Virus genome (UHGV): UHGV-0042151
Origin: a virus
DNA length: 35,904 nucleotides
Strand: one strand, 5' to 3'
Below are positions 1 to 8,338 of this stretch, piece after piece (the stretch's first letter is position 1; every line of letters starts with the position of its first letter). The position numbers and the translations under genes were made by a program. The notes below the pieces were generated by a model. That model ran no database searches. It was given only the letters and a program-made list of their open reading frames with translations, and was not told the DNA's origin.

Positions 1-49
1 ATGTTTGCAGTTTCAAGGCATTTCCTTAAATCTGATGGTGATGCCCTGT

Positions 50-700
50 TCATGCTGCACGCTCCCGCCCCTGGTTGTCTGTTGGTGACAGCGGAGCATT
101 GCTGAATGCATTTGTTAATCTGGCAATATCCAACGCGTATCCAGGGTGTAGTTGCACTGCCGGGTCTTCGCACTGATTACCCCAAACATCGAAACCATGA
201 GACGACTGGCGGGCGAACAGTTCAATGCGAGAAACATCGCCTAACAATTGCACAAGTTTTTCACGAACGATATCTGGTTTTCTTGAATGCTCAAGCCGCG
301 GTGCGGTAAATGACTGAACGATCCCTGCATTAATGCGCGTAGGTAGTTTTCCCTTTACTGCAAACAGGCAATCTTCACTATTGGCGCGAGTCATGTGACC
401 CATACCCATAACCAGTTTATCTGGTTGTCGACTACCACATTTTATCCACGTGAATCCCTTCATGGTCATCAGACGGAATCCCCAGGCCTCAACAACTTTT
501 AGTGCTTCGAGTGGTTGTGTTGGCACCCACCACATGGCCAACAGACAGTTTTCATCGGCCAAATCCCACACAGGAAGGCGGCAGATATCCAGCACACTCA
601 TAACCGGATATTTAAAACCGGCACCGCGATTACCATCTGCGGCTTTGTCCCGGTATACCCAGGGTGGATCTGCATAGATTAGTGTGTATTTCTTAGTCAT
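50..700 (-). CDS. DNA N6-adenine methyltransferase (MT-A70 / phage Dam-like family)
   Basis: ORF 50..712(-); catalytic DPPW motif in 'LIYADPPWVYRD'; likely ATG at 700 (track start at 712 is GTG); stop TGA 50-52. Confidence 0.8.
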   Translation of the reverse strand: MTKKYTLIYADPPWVYRDKAADGNRGAGFKYPVMSVLDICRLPVWDLADENCLLAMWWVPTQPLEALKVVEAWGFRLMTMKGFTWIKCGSRQPDKLVMGMGHMTRANSEDCLFAVKGKLPTRINAGIVQSFTAPRLEHSRKPDIVREKLVQLLGDVSRIELFARQSSHGFDVWGNQCEDPAVQLHPGYALDIARLTNAFSNAPLSPTDNQGRERAA

Positions 701-959
701 AAACCACCCCACAACATCCTATGCCGCTATAGTCGCCACGGCGAAGGCCGTTACCTTTTGTGATACATTGGTCCCTGCGAACCGCGATCCTTGCACGCTC
801 AACATCACCAGAAGCAACATCCATACACTGAAGCCAAAGGTGAGCGGCAATGCGGAACTGCCCTTTTTTCTCTCTTTCAATCGCGCGTTTTTCGATCTCT
901 ATCGCCGCAGGAGTAACGGCGACAATCTTTGACGGACTGCGCATTGAAACCTTGTTCAT
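693..959 (-). CDS. hypothetical protein (88 aa), overlaps MTase start by 8 nt
   Basis: In-frame ATG at 959 within ORF 693..992(-); no clear SD; no recognisable motif. Confidence 0.3.
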   Translation of the reverse strand: MNKVSMRSPSKIVAVTPAAIEIEKRAIEREKKGQFRIAAHLWLQCMDVASGDVERARIAVRRDQCITKGNGLRRGDYSGIGCCGVVYD

Positions 960-1101
960 GTGATATTTTTCAAGTCGGCTTAACTTTCTCACTTAATCCA
1001 ACCCTCTCTGAAAATTAATGCCAGCAGATAAAGCCATGCTGAAACAGAGGCCAGGAATAAGTACCATCCTGACCATTTGCTCCAGTGCCTTAGCAGCACA
1101 C

Positions 1102-1350
1102 TCATGCCGCGTTGCTCACGGGACGATATACACGTTGCTGAACAGGAGGTTTTTTACCCTGGAACTCTGCCGGGCTTGCTGCCTGACGTTCATCAAGCCA
1201 ACGCTCAACTTCATCACGGTTCCATGCGCAGCGTTTATCGGTGATATACCAGCGTTTAGGAAATTCCCCTGCGCGCTCCATACGGTCGATAGTGCTCCAT
1301 GACAGTGGAACCACCGCCAGGAGTTCCTTCTTACCTAATGCACCTTTCAT
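1102..1350 (-). CDS. AlpA-family (prophage CP4-57 regulatory protein-like) HTH transcriptional regulator
   Basis: 82-aa ORF with ATG at 1350; 'LLAVVPLSWSTIDRMERAGEFPKRWYITDKRCAWNRDEVERWL' matches the AlpA/phage-Xis-type HTH pattern. Confidence 0.75.
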   Translation of the reverse strand: MKGALGKKELLAVVPLSWSTIDRMERAGEFPKRWYITDKRCAWNRDEVERWLDERQAASPAEFQGKKPPVQQRVYRPVSNAA

Positions 1351-1399
1351 AAATACCTCTCTTGGTTGCAGTGCGGCGCGCGTGGCGCCGCGGTGGTGG

Positions 1400-2341
1400 T
1401 TACATAGATGTTTCGTTTAATTCTTCCCGACGAACGCTGTAAACGTCGGTGGCTTTTGCCAGCAGTTCGTCATCATCTGAAAGTTTTTGTGCAATGTATT
1501 TGTAAGCCTTATCCAGTTCGGAGACAGTGCTGTAATTCATCGCTGCGCTGGTAAAGGCCATCAGCATTTCTTCTGGATCACGGCTGTCCGATTTACGCGT
1601 TTGCTCATCAGGCTTTTTCGCTGGTTTAGCGTTGATCAGACTGTTCATTCCCGCAGCAGTGGTCGTTTGCGGAGTAATGTCTCGCTCAACGCGCGGTGCC
1701 GTTTCCTGTAATTCGTCTGGGGTGTAGACGCCCATGATTACGTCAGGACAGTGCAGGCGAGACCAGCGTTTTGTCGCAAGGTATGCGAGTTGTTGTTTCG
1801 GATCACTGGCCCAAAGTGTGGAGTTTCTTACCTGTGCTTGAGACAGCATTAACTCAAGCACTCGAGGTTGATCCTCGCCCTTCATGGTTGCCCATACGCG
1901 AACACCGCAGCCTTCTTCGTCTTTTAGAGTCCAGCCTGGTGCGATATATGGATTGCCGTTTTTGGATGTTTTCTCAACAAACTTACCGATCACGCGTTCC
2001 CACGGCCCGAACCACTCGTAGTTGATGCGATCTTTTGTTGGCGACATCGTTGAGATAACTGCGTTTACTAATTGGGCTTCATAACCTAGCGTGCCGTTCA
2101 CAACATGGGTTTTCTGAGCCACGGCAAACGGGTTCATTCCCCACTGCGCAGCCTGCATTGCCACGGCCATGCAATCAGCTGGTTTCCCGGCGAGGTGCGC
2201 CGGTACCGTTACGCGGCTTTGCGCCATTACCTCGGCGAATTTCATCAGTTGGTTCAAGCCGTCTGGGCTGAAAATAGTTGCAGCAGTTCCAGCGATTGCT
2301 GTGTCTACTGGTGCGTTGATGTTTGCGATGTCGTTGCTCAT
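1400..2341 (-). CDS. single-strand annealing protein, Bet/RedBeta-RecT superfamily
   Basis: ATG 2341 overlaps upstream stop (ATGA); 'AAQWGMNPF' and 'ERDITP' resemble lambda Bet segments as recalled; lies downstream of an exonuclease gene. Confidence 0.7.
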   Translation of the reverse strand: MSNDIANINAPVDTAIAGTAATIFSPDGLNQLMKFAEVMAQSRVTVPAHLAGKPADCMAVAMQAAQWGMNPFAVAQKTHVVNGTLGYEAQLVNAVISTMSPTKDRINYEWFGPWERVIGKFVEKTSKNGNPYIAPGWTLKDEEGCGVRVWATMKGEDQPRVLELMLSQAQVRNSTLWASDPKQQLAYLATKRWSRLHCPDVIMGVYTPDELQETAPRVERDITPQTTTAAGMNSLINAKPAKKPDEQTRKSDSRDPEEMLMAFTSAAMNYSTVSELDKAYKYIAQKLSDDDELLAKATDVYSVRREELNETSM

Positions 2342-3159
2342 ATGTACATATCCTGTTTGCGTGCCCACTCAGGGCGTTTAATGATTTCCACACCGCCCCA
2401 TTCATCATTGATGCGGCATTCGTGATAGGTATTCAGATCCCGGCGGAACAGAGCGTGCCCGGCATCGACATCCTGCGCATCCAGCTCGAACACGCGTACC
2501 GGATACCGACCACAATCAATGCTTTCGCTCACGGCAAGAAAGAAAAAACCATGCGGCTGACCAGTAACCCTCATTGCGCCTTCGCGGTACATTGCGTCCT
2601 GCACGTGGTAGCGGAATTCCTCGATGTGGCGTGCAAAACGGTCCATATCTGCAACCTTTTTCACGTCGACGATCACGTTGTGCTCGTTCAGCCATTTGTC
2701 TGGACGAATTCGGCACAACTCCCCCGTCTCTTCATCGTTCCAGTACATTGATGCTTCGCAGTAACCAGGTGCTTCCAGCATCCAGCGTGCCGCCGGGTGA
2801 GCCATTGCGCTATCACGCATCAGCTCCAGTTTCCGCCACTGCTCGGCATCAAGTACCGTAATCCCCATATCCGCCACATCACGAAGAAATTCCTCTTCGT
2901 CAGCTTTACCTTGTTTCGTCCGACGATCGAATTTCGGTGAAACAATGAAGCGTTTGTCGAACTCTCCAGGCTCCAGAAGCAGACAGTGCAATGCGGTTCC
3001 CATATCCAGTGCAGACTTTTTCTCTTCGTCTTCTGGTGCTGCCTGAACCCATTTAAGAAGCGCCGGATTCTTGGCAACCATGTCCAGTTGCGACTTACTC
3101 ACGCCGTCACCGGCGTGGTAGTCTTCGTTGCTGATGTCGAAATAAATTCCCGGTTTCAT
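2338..3159 (-). CDS. putative PD-(D/E)XK-family exonuclease (RecE/YqaJ-like partner of the annealing protein)
   Basis: 273-aa ORF; 'VIVDVKKVAD' D-x-K type motif; ATGA start/stop overlaps with both neighbours (3156-3159 and 2338-2341). Confidence 0.6.
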   Translation of the reverse strand: MKPGIYFDISNEDYHAGDGVSKSQLDMVAKNPALLKWVQAAPEDEEKKSALDMGTALHCLLLEPGEFDKRFIVSPKFDRRTKQGKADEEEFLRDVADMGITVLDAEQWRKLELMRDSAMAHPAARWMLEAPGYCEASMYWNDEETGELCRIRPDKWLNEHNVIVDVKKVADMDRFARHIEEFRYHVQDAMYREGAMRVTGQPHGFFFLAVSESIDCGRYPVRVFELDAQDVDAGHALFRRDLNTYHECRINDEWGGVEIIKRPEWARKQDMYI

Positions 3160-3455
3160 GCCGCGTCCCTCTGCCCATCAAGCTGATCAGCCAGATCCCA
3201 GCGGGCGATAATTGCCATTGCCTCGCGCCGGTAGGCATCCATTAGTTCTTCGAACTCAGGGCTGTCTTTAGCGGCCTCCAGTACTTCCTGGCGAACGCCT
3301 TTAACTGTTACAACGTCGAAAGTTGATGCCAGTTGATGAAGCCGGATACTCTCAATCAGTTCAACTTGTCGGTCATATAGCTGTTCTGACAGACGGTAGT
3401 CCTTGTCGAATGCCAGCATGATTTTTTGAAGATTTTTCTGCTGATTAACGTTCAT
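3156..3455 (-). CDS. hypothetical early protein (99 aa)
   Basis: ATG 3455 preceded by GGAGGG SD with 6-nt spacing; stop overlaps exonuclease start. Confidence 0.5.
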   Translation of the reverse strand: MNVNQQKNLQKIMLAFDKDYRLSEQLYDRQVELIESIRLHQLASTFDVVTVKGVRQEVLEAAKDSPEFEELMDAYRREAMAIIARWDLADQLDGQRDAA

Positions 3456-3457
3456 TA

Positions 3458-3610
3458 TCAGCCCTCCCATATCTCGTTATCGTTGGCCACATCGCGAGCT
3501 TCTTTGCTGACGAAAGCCCACTTAATGCCTTCCTGTAAGGTGCGGAACTTCCAGCTCATGAATCCGCATGCAGTAACGCAGTACCAACCGTTGATGATTT
3601 TCCACTGCAT
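3458..3610 (-). CDS. small hypothetical protein (50 aa), first gene of early-left operon
   Basis: Hand-translated 'MQWKIINGWYCVTACGFMSWKFRTLQEGIKWAFVSKEARDVANDNEIWEG'; GAGGT SD 9 nt upstream of ATG 3610; not in the >=60-aa ORF track. Confidence 0.35.
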   Translation of the reverse strand: MQWKIINGWYCVTACGFMSWKFRTLQEGIKWAFVSKEARDVANDNEIWEG

Positions 3611-3629
3611 AACTTGTTACCTCGGTCTG

Positions 3630-3644
3630 TTACCGTTGAGGTAA
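3630..3644. promoter_or_regulatory. palindromic site TTACC-N5-GGTAA (proximal operator of early-left promoter)
   Basis: TTACCGTTGAGGTAA; lies between -10-like element and ATG 3610. Confidence 0.5.
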
Positions 3645-3672
3645 TAATTATGCGTATATGGTTTGATGTCAA
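3644..3672 (-). promoter_or_regulatory. putative sigma70 promoter of early-left operon
   Basis: Minus-strand -35 TTGACA (3672..3667), 17-bp spacer, -10 AATTAT (3649..3644); flanked by two palindromic sites. Confidence 0.45.
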
Positions 3673-3691
3673 TAGATATGAGTTAAAAAAA

Positions 3692-3706
3692 TTACCCGTT
3701 AGGTAA
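3692..3706. promoter_or_regulatory. palindromic site TTACC-N5-GGTAA (distal operator of early-left promoter)
   Basis: TTACCCGTTAGGTAA; 20 bp upstream of the -35; centre 62 bp from site 3630..3644. Confidence 0.5.
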
Positions 3707-3786
3707 TCGAATAGGCAATAAAAAAGCCCCCCCAAAGCGGCGGTTCTTCTTTAAAAAAAAATTTTTTTTTTTTTTTTTTTTTTTTT

Positions 3787-3883
3787 NNNNNNNNNNNNNN
3801 NNNNNNNNNNNNNNNNNNNNNNNNNNNNNNNNNNNNNNNNNNNNNNNNNNNNNNNNNNNNNNNNNNNNNNNNNNNNNNNNNNN
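3787..3883. other. unresolved sequence (97 N) preceded by A9-T25 homopolymer tract
   Basis: Run of N at 3787-3883; track ORFs spanning it are artefacts (X residues). Confidence 0.95.
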
Positions 3884-3896
3884 GAAAAATATGGTT

Positions 3897-4481
3897 TTAT
3901 TGTTTGTTTTTTTCGTTATGGTTGATGACAAATTCAATGTAACTTTCGATCTTTGCTTTCTCGGTTTCGGGTAACAATGCGTAGCGCGAGCGATCATAGT
4001 TGATGGTCGCAGGGTCGTGCGGGTGAATCAGTAATTCATAGCCGTGACGCCCGAATGCGGATGCAACATTCTCCAGGGTGGAAATGGAAACGCTGACCTC
4101 ATTGTTTAACAGGCGGCTGATTGTCACCTGGGCTACGCCGGATGCGCGGTGAAGTTTTCCCTGTGTTGAAAGGTCGCGGCTTTCGCTCATCCAGCGTTCC
4201 AGGTTGTGAGCCGCCAGCTGGCCAATGTCGCTTGGGCCGACAGGCTGAAAACCTTCCTGAGAAAGCGAGCGATCGATATCAAGCCAGTTACGGGGTTTAT
4301 TGGCGGCAGCTTCAATTTTTCGTGCAACCTGGTCGCCGATAACCTTCTTGCCAAGAGCCCAGCGGTTTACCAGATTTGCCTGAGTTCCAAGTTTTTCAGC
4401 CATCCGCGTCTGAACACCATTGAATTCACGGTCGATCAAGTCGTTGAGATTTTGCCTGCGGACGTCCTGGATACTTTTCAT
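3897..4481 (-). CDS. phage repressor-like protein with two tandem XRE/CI-type HTH domains, no S24 peptidase domain
   Basis: 194 aa; HTH-like segments 'MAEKLGTQANLVNRWALGKK' and 'ASGVAQVTISRLLNNEVSVSISTLENVA'; divergent from Cro-like gene; no Ala-Gly/Ser-Lys autocleavage module seen. Confidence 0.65.
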   Translation of the reverse strand: MKSIQDVRRQNLNDLIDREFNGVQTRMAEKLGTQANLVNRWALGKKVIGDQVARKIEAAANKPRNWLDIDRSLSQEGFQPVGPSDIGQLAAHNLERWMSESRDLSTQGKLHRASGVAQVTISRLLNNEVSVSISTLENVASAFGRHGYELLIHPHDPATINYDRSRYALLPETEKAKIESYIEFVINHNEKNKQ

Positions 4482-4536
4482 TTTCTGGAAAATCGCCTCA
4501 TATATGAATCAGTAGATGATTCAATTTAAAGCAATA

Positions 4537-4551
4537 TTACCCAACAGGTAA
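4537..4551. promoter_or_regulatory. palindromic site TTACC-N5-GGTAA in repressor/cro intergenic region
   Basis: TTACCCAACAGGTAA; additional half-sites GGTAA (4563-4567) and TTACC (4586-4590) nearby. Confidence 0.5.
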
Positions 4552-4635
4552 ATGCACCCCACAGGTAACTATCCTTGATTTTTGTTACCTTATGGGTGAA
4601 TATTTATTATCTGAAATAAATATCAGGCAATAGCT

Positions 4636-4866
4636 ATGAGCGATAACGGACATTTCGATTTCAAAAAGCACTGGCTTGCACTTACTCCGGATGAGCGTGA
4701 AGCCTTCGCACAGGAAGCCGGAACGACGAGTCACTATATCCAGACTCACTTAACAGGTAAGCGCAAAATGCCAGGTAAGGTATTGATGAATGGGCTTTTT
4801 AAAGCCTGTAAAACAAGACAATGGCTGCGCTCAAAAGCAGAATTGGCATACTTCTTCTACTCATGA
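4636..4866 (+). CDS. Cro-like small HTH DNA-binding protein
   Basis: 76 aa, divergent to repressor; 'LTPDEREAFAQEAGTTSHYIQ' HTH-like; ends 24 nt before N-run. Confidence 0.5.
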   Translation: MSDNGHFDFKKHWLALTPDEREAFAQEAGTTSHYIQTHLTGKRKMPGKVLMNGLFKACKTRQWLRSKAELAYFFYS

Positions 4867-4889
4867 TATCCAGCCACAACCCTCTGTAN

Positions 4890-5024
4890 NNNNNNNNNNN
4901 NNNNNNNNNNNNNNNNNNNNNNNNNNNNNNNNNNNNNNNNNNNNNNNNNNNNNNNNNNNNNNNNNNNNNNNNNNNNNNNNNNNNNNNNNNNNNNNNNNNN
5001 NNNNNNNNNNNNNNNNNNNNNNNN
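4890..5024. other. unresolved sequence (135 N)
   Basis: Run of N at 4890-5024. Confidence 0.95.
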
Positions 5025-5046
5025 GGCGGTCTTTTCATATCTATTC

Positions 5047-5061
5047 GTACCTCAAAGGTAA
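5047..5061. promoter_or_regulatory. palindromic site, imperfect (GTACC-N5-GGTAA)
   Basis: GTACCTCAAAGGTAA, 9/10 half-site match; 80 nt upstream of ATG 5142. Confidence 0.35.
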
Positions 5062-5141
5062 TAAAAAACCAAATCTGGTTGATCTTTTTTTTGTGTCAGC
5101 ACAAAATGACCGTAATCCCAATACTAATAACAGGGCTTACC

Positions 5142-5342
5142 ATGGAAATCATTACACGTATTGATGCCGCAAAGCGCGGACTTAAACGCTACTACACCGG
5201 AAAAACATGTAAGCACGGACATGACAGTGAACGCTGGGTTTACAACGGACACTGTGTTGAGTGCACCATGGAATCAAACCGTCGTATCAGGGCAGAGATT
5301 AAGCAGATCATGATTAATTCCTCCCCACAACATTCAAGCTGA
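5142..5342 (+). CDS. small Cys/His-rich zinc-finger-like protein (putative regulator)
   Basis: 66 aa 'CKHGH...CVEC'; alternative in-frame ATG at 5106; upstream region partly lost in N-run. Confidence 0.45.
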   Translation: MEIITRIDAAKRGLKRYYTGKTCKHGHDSERWVYNGHCVECTMESNRRIRAEIKQIMINSSPQHSS

Positions 5343-5357
5343 TAGCGGAGATTAATC

Positions 5358-6155
5358 ATGAGCAGACATGCAACAGATTGGGCCTGGGAGACAGATCCAG
5401 GTAGCTCATCATTAAAGCTCATACTGCTCTCGATGGCTGACAGAGCCGATGAATATAACCTCTGCTACCCCAGCATAGAACGCCTCGTTAAAGACACTTG
5501 CCTGAATAAAAAAACCGTGCAGGCCGGGCTTATATCGCTCATGAAAATGGGGCTTATTTCAGATACCGGAGAGAGAAAGGGAGCGACAAAAAGAGTGCGG
5601 GTTTTCTCTCTTAATATAACCAAAAACGGGAACATTAAAGGCAACCGGGAGGGGGGCAATGAACCCGAAAACGGGAATATTCCCAAAAACGGGATGTTGA
5701 ATGATCCCAAAAACGGGATGTTGAATGATCCCAAAAACGGGATCCAGAACCAGTCATATAACCAGTCATTTAACCAAGAGAGGGAGAGCAGGACAAAAAG
5801 CGGGGATTCTGTGCCTCATGACCCCGGAGCAAACAACGCCGTGATGAATAACTTTGTTCCTCCTGGTGGGCCAGGGCAATTAGGCAAATTTGTCATGCAT
5901 GAACAATGGCAGCCATCAGATGACTTTCTTCGGAAAAGCTCATTGCAGGGGATCTACCTGGACAGTCTGCCAACGGCACAGGAACTTGCAGAGTTCAGAA
6001 TTTACTGGATGGCTGAGGGTAAGGCATACCATCAGGCACAGTGGGAGCAGAAGCTGGCAAGGCGGCTGCAGATTAGCAGACAGAAGCAATCAACATTACC
6101 TGATAACAACGTTCCGCACTGGAACAGCCCTGAAGCATGGGAGGATTTCTTGTGA
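5358..6155 (+). CDS. replication initiator (lambda O-like) with internal iteron array
   Basis: GGAG SD then ATG 5358; N-terminal winged-helix-like region; four iterons embedded mid-gene, as in lambda O. Confidence 0.6.
   Translation: MSRHATDWAWETDPGSSSLKLILLSMADRADEYNLCYPSIERLVKDTCLNKKTVQAGLISLMKMGLISDTGERKGATKRVRVFSLNITKNGNIKGNREGGNEPENGNIPKNGMLNDPKNGMLNDPKNGIQNQSYNQSFNQERESRTKSGDSVPHDPGANNAVMNNFVPPGGPGQLGKFVMHEQWQPSDDFLRKSSLQGIYLDSLPTAQELAEFRIYWMAEGKAYHQAQWEQKLARRLQISRQKQSTLPDNNVPHWNSPEAWEDFL
5664..5742. repeat. iteron array (candidate origin of replication)
   Basis: CCC(G/A)AAAACGGGA at 5664, 5682, 5706, 5730 (spacing 18/24/24), followed by AT-rich 'ACCAGTCAT' x2. Confidence 0.6.
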
Positions 6156-6937
6156 ACAACGTTTTTACCGCGATACAAAACCGTGACGGAGAAGCCCTTT
6201 CTCGCATGTCAGGTTATGAGCATCAGTACGTCAACAATGACAATGTGGTGAACATGTCAGCAGAGAGGCTTGTTGATGCCCTTTTTAAACAGCTGAAACA
6301 ACTGTTTCCGGCGGCAGTGGTAACCAACCTGAAGACGCCAGAGCAGGAAGTTGCTGCAAAACAGCAGTGGATTGCTGCGTTTGCCGAAGGGGGGATCCGA
6401 ACCCGTGAACAGGTTTCTGCTGGTATGCGCCACGCCCGCGCCAGTGAATCTCCGTTCTGGCCGTCTCCAGGGCAATTTATCAAGTGGTGCAAAGACAGCA
6501 AGATGGTTCTTGGCGTCACCATTGACGATGTGATGGCGGAGTTTCACCGGTACAGCAAGGAAAAAAGTTTATATCCTGGTGGTCCCGAAAGATTCCCGTG
6601 GCGACATCCGGTTATGTACTGGGTCGTATGTGATACCCGCCGTGCAATGTATCAGCGCCAGCTTAGCGAGATTGAGGTTGAGAAACACGCACGCAGGCTG
6701 CTCGATGATTGGGCGAAAAAGGTGGCTTCCGGACAGCAGATACCCGATCCGGTGATCAGCATACAGGCAAAGCCAGAGCCCATGAGTACGCCTCCGGACA
6801 CAGGGAGAGACGTTTACCATCCACCAGGGCGAAGTTTCGGGTGCATGCCTAACGCCGCCACCCTTGGGGGAATAACACCGGCGCAGTGGCTGATGGAGGA
6901 ATACAGGCGGGGAAAGGCGGCAGGATTTATCAAGTAA
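6152..6937 (+). CDS. replication protein P-like (helicase loader)
   Basis: 'EQVSAGMRHARASESPFWPSPGQFIKWCKD' resembles the lambda P motif '...PFLPSPGQFVAWC' as recalled; GTG 6152 with GGGAGGA SD overlaps O stop (in-frame ATG 6137 is an alternative). Confidence 0.65.
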   Translation: MNNVFTAIQNRDGEALSRMSGYEHQYVNNDNVVNMSAERLVDALFKQLKQLFPAAVVTNLKTPEQEVAAKQQWIAAFAEGGIRTREQVSAGMRHARASESPFWPSPGQFIKWCKDSKMVLGVTIDDVMAEFHRYSKEKSLYPGGPERFPWRHPVMYWVVCDTRRAMYQRQLSEIEVEKHARRLLDDWAKKVASGQQIPDPVISIQAKPEPMSTPPDTGRDVYHPPGRSFGCMPNAATLGGITPAQWLMEEYRRGKAAGFIK

Positions 6938-6974
6938 TACCAGCGCGATAGCGCATTTTTTTACGCCTCGACAA

Positions 6975-6989
6975 TTACCTGTTAGGTAA
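6975..6989. promoter_or_regulatory. palindromic site TTACC-N5-GGTAA (distal operator)
   Basis: TTACCTGTTAGGTAA; 20 bp upstream of -35 at 7009. Confidence 0.5.
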
Positions 6990-7008
6990 TAAAATATTCT
7001 AAAATCTA

Positions 7009-7037
7009 TTGATTTCGTGTCTTATGTGGTTTTTAAT
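7009..7037 (+). promoter_or_regulatory. putative sigma70 promoter inside the early-right region
   Basis: -35 TTGATT (7009-7014), 17-bp spacer, -10 TTTAAT (7032-7037). Confidence 0.45.
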
Positions 7038-7051
7038 TACCTCAGAGGTAA
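7037..7051. promoter_or_regulatory. palindromic site TTACC-N5-GGTAA (proximal operator, overlaps RBS)
   Basis: TTACCTCAGAGGTAA ends 3 nt before ATG 7055; centre 62 bp from site 6975..6989. Confidence 0.5.
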
Positions 7052-7054
7052 ATC

Positions 7055-7399
7055 ATGAGAAAACAGATACAGGCTCTTGGTCGACTCAAAACAGGTCAGA
7101 TGAACAAAACAGAATCTGCGTATTGCCAGCACCTTGAGCTGCGTAAACGTGCAGGAGAAATCGTCTGGTATCGATTTGAGGGTATCAAGCTGCGGTTAGC
7201 TGACAACACGTTCTATACGCCCGATTTTGCTGTGATGCTCGCCACCGGCGAGATGGAACTGCACGAAGTGAAAGGTTTCTGGACCGACGACGCCAGGGTG
7301 AAAACCAAAGTCGCCGCAGATCAGTATCCGTTCCGAATCATCGGGGTAACGGTTAAACCAAAGAAAGCAGGTGGTGGCTGGATCATCGAAGAGTTCTGA
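7055..7399 (+). CDS. putative PD-(D/E)XK nuclease (DUF1064-like small phage nuclease)
   Basis: 114 aa; 'YTPDF...ELHEVKG' fits a D...E-x-K nuclease core. Confidence 0.5.
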   Translation: MRKQIQALGRLKTGQMNKTESAYCQHLELRKRAGEIVWYRFEGIKLRLADNTFYTPDFAVMLATGEMELHEVKGFWTDDARVKTKVAADQYPFRIIGVTVKPKKAGGGWIIEEF

Positions 7400-7460
7400 A
7401 TCGACGATCTTTTTAGTTATCAATGTTATCAATAAGTTATGTGGATAAGCGAGGGTAAAG

Positions 7461-8024
7461 ATGGAAAGTAATATCAAATGGTTAGTTGCCGCCGGGCATG
7501 AGATGGCTTCTGAACTGAAAGCAGAATGTGGTGCCGTTGATATGCGCAGTGTGGCAAAGCTGATCAGCGATTTGGCAACGCAACTGGAAGTGCAACTGGT
7601 GCGTGCTAATGCGCTGGCCGAAGACCAGCAGAAAGCGATTGAGTCAATTAAGCAGGCTGATGCAGCTGTTAAGTTGGCACACGAGAAGTTTTCGGCGCTG
7701 GCAGCGGAGAATGCGGGGCTAAAGTCTGGCGCTATGGACGAAATCAAGGTTATCAACCGTGGAGGGCAGGCATATTGCGTAAAAGATGGAGTGCAAGTTA
7801 ATCCCATGTATGCAAGAGGGTGGAATGACTATCGCGCAAAGTCTCTGCAATCAGACACCCCAGCTACCGATGCTTTTCTGGCTGAAATTGAACGCAAAGC
7901 AATCCGCAAGTTCATTAACAGCATTGAACACATCCTGCGTGACAAGCTGTCTCCGTATGACACCGAAGAGATGCTTGAGGCTATGCGTATTTTTCTGGAA
8001 GAACAGAGTGGTGAGCAAAAATGA
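7461..8024 (+). CDS. hypothetical protein (187 aa)
   Basis: GAGGG SD then ATG 7461; coiled-coil-like Ala/Glu-rich middle. Confidence 0.5.
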   Translation: MESNIKWLVAAGHEMASELKAECGAVDMRSVAKLISDLATQLEVQLVRANALAEDQQKAIESIKQADAAVKLAHEKFSALAAENAGLKSGAMDEIKVINRGGQAYCVKDGVQVNPMYARGWNDYRAKSLQSDTPATDAFLAEIERKAIRKFINSIEHILRDKLSPYDTEEMLEAMRIFLEEQSGEQK

Positions 8025-8338
8025 CAATCACAAAACAACGGGTAGAAGAAATCATATCCCGCATTGAAATGTATGGACATGGTGCAGGATATACCGCTGA
8101 CGAGGTTTATGACCTAGCTGTACTGGCGCTGAATTTATCAAATATCGCAAACCTGAAGCGATACGAGCTTGATATGGGTGGTTGTGACTCGTGCGGTCAG
8201 GATTGTGGCGCTGACATGACTGAAGATTCTGATGGCAATTATGTCCTGTTTGATGACGTGGTTAAGTTGTTTGAGTTTGATACAACCACTCAGAAGTTAG
8301 AAGGCCCAGCAAAGGAGGCAACCAGTGAGCAAGATTGA
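8021..8338 (+). CDS. hypothetical protein (105 aa)
   Basis: ATGA overlap with upstream gene. Confidence 0.45.
   Translation: MTITKQRVEEIISRIEMYGHGAGYTADEVYDLAVLALNLSNIANLKRYELDMGGCDSCGQDCGADMTEDSDGNYVLFDDVVKLFEFDTTTQKLEGPAKEATSEQD

Noticed and set aside
1351-1399. GC-rich inverted repeat GGCGCGCGTGGCGCCGC between the annealing-protein and AlpA-like genes
   Set aside because: Imperfect, with no U-tract. Possibly a weak hairpin, but not enough evidence for a terminator or operator call.
3692-5342. Track ORFs 3692..3997(-), 4790..5164(+), 4799..5038(-) and 4821..5342(+) that span the N-runs
   Set aside because: Their open frames exist only because N is translated as X. The real gene in the last one is the short ATG-5142 ORF.
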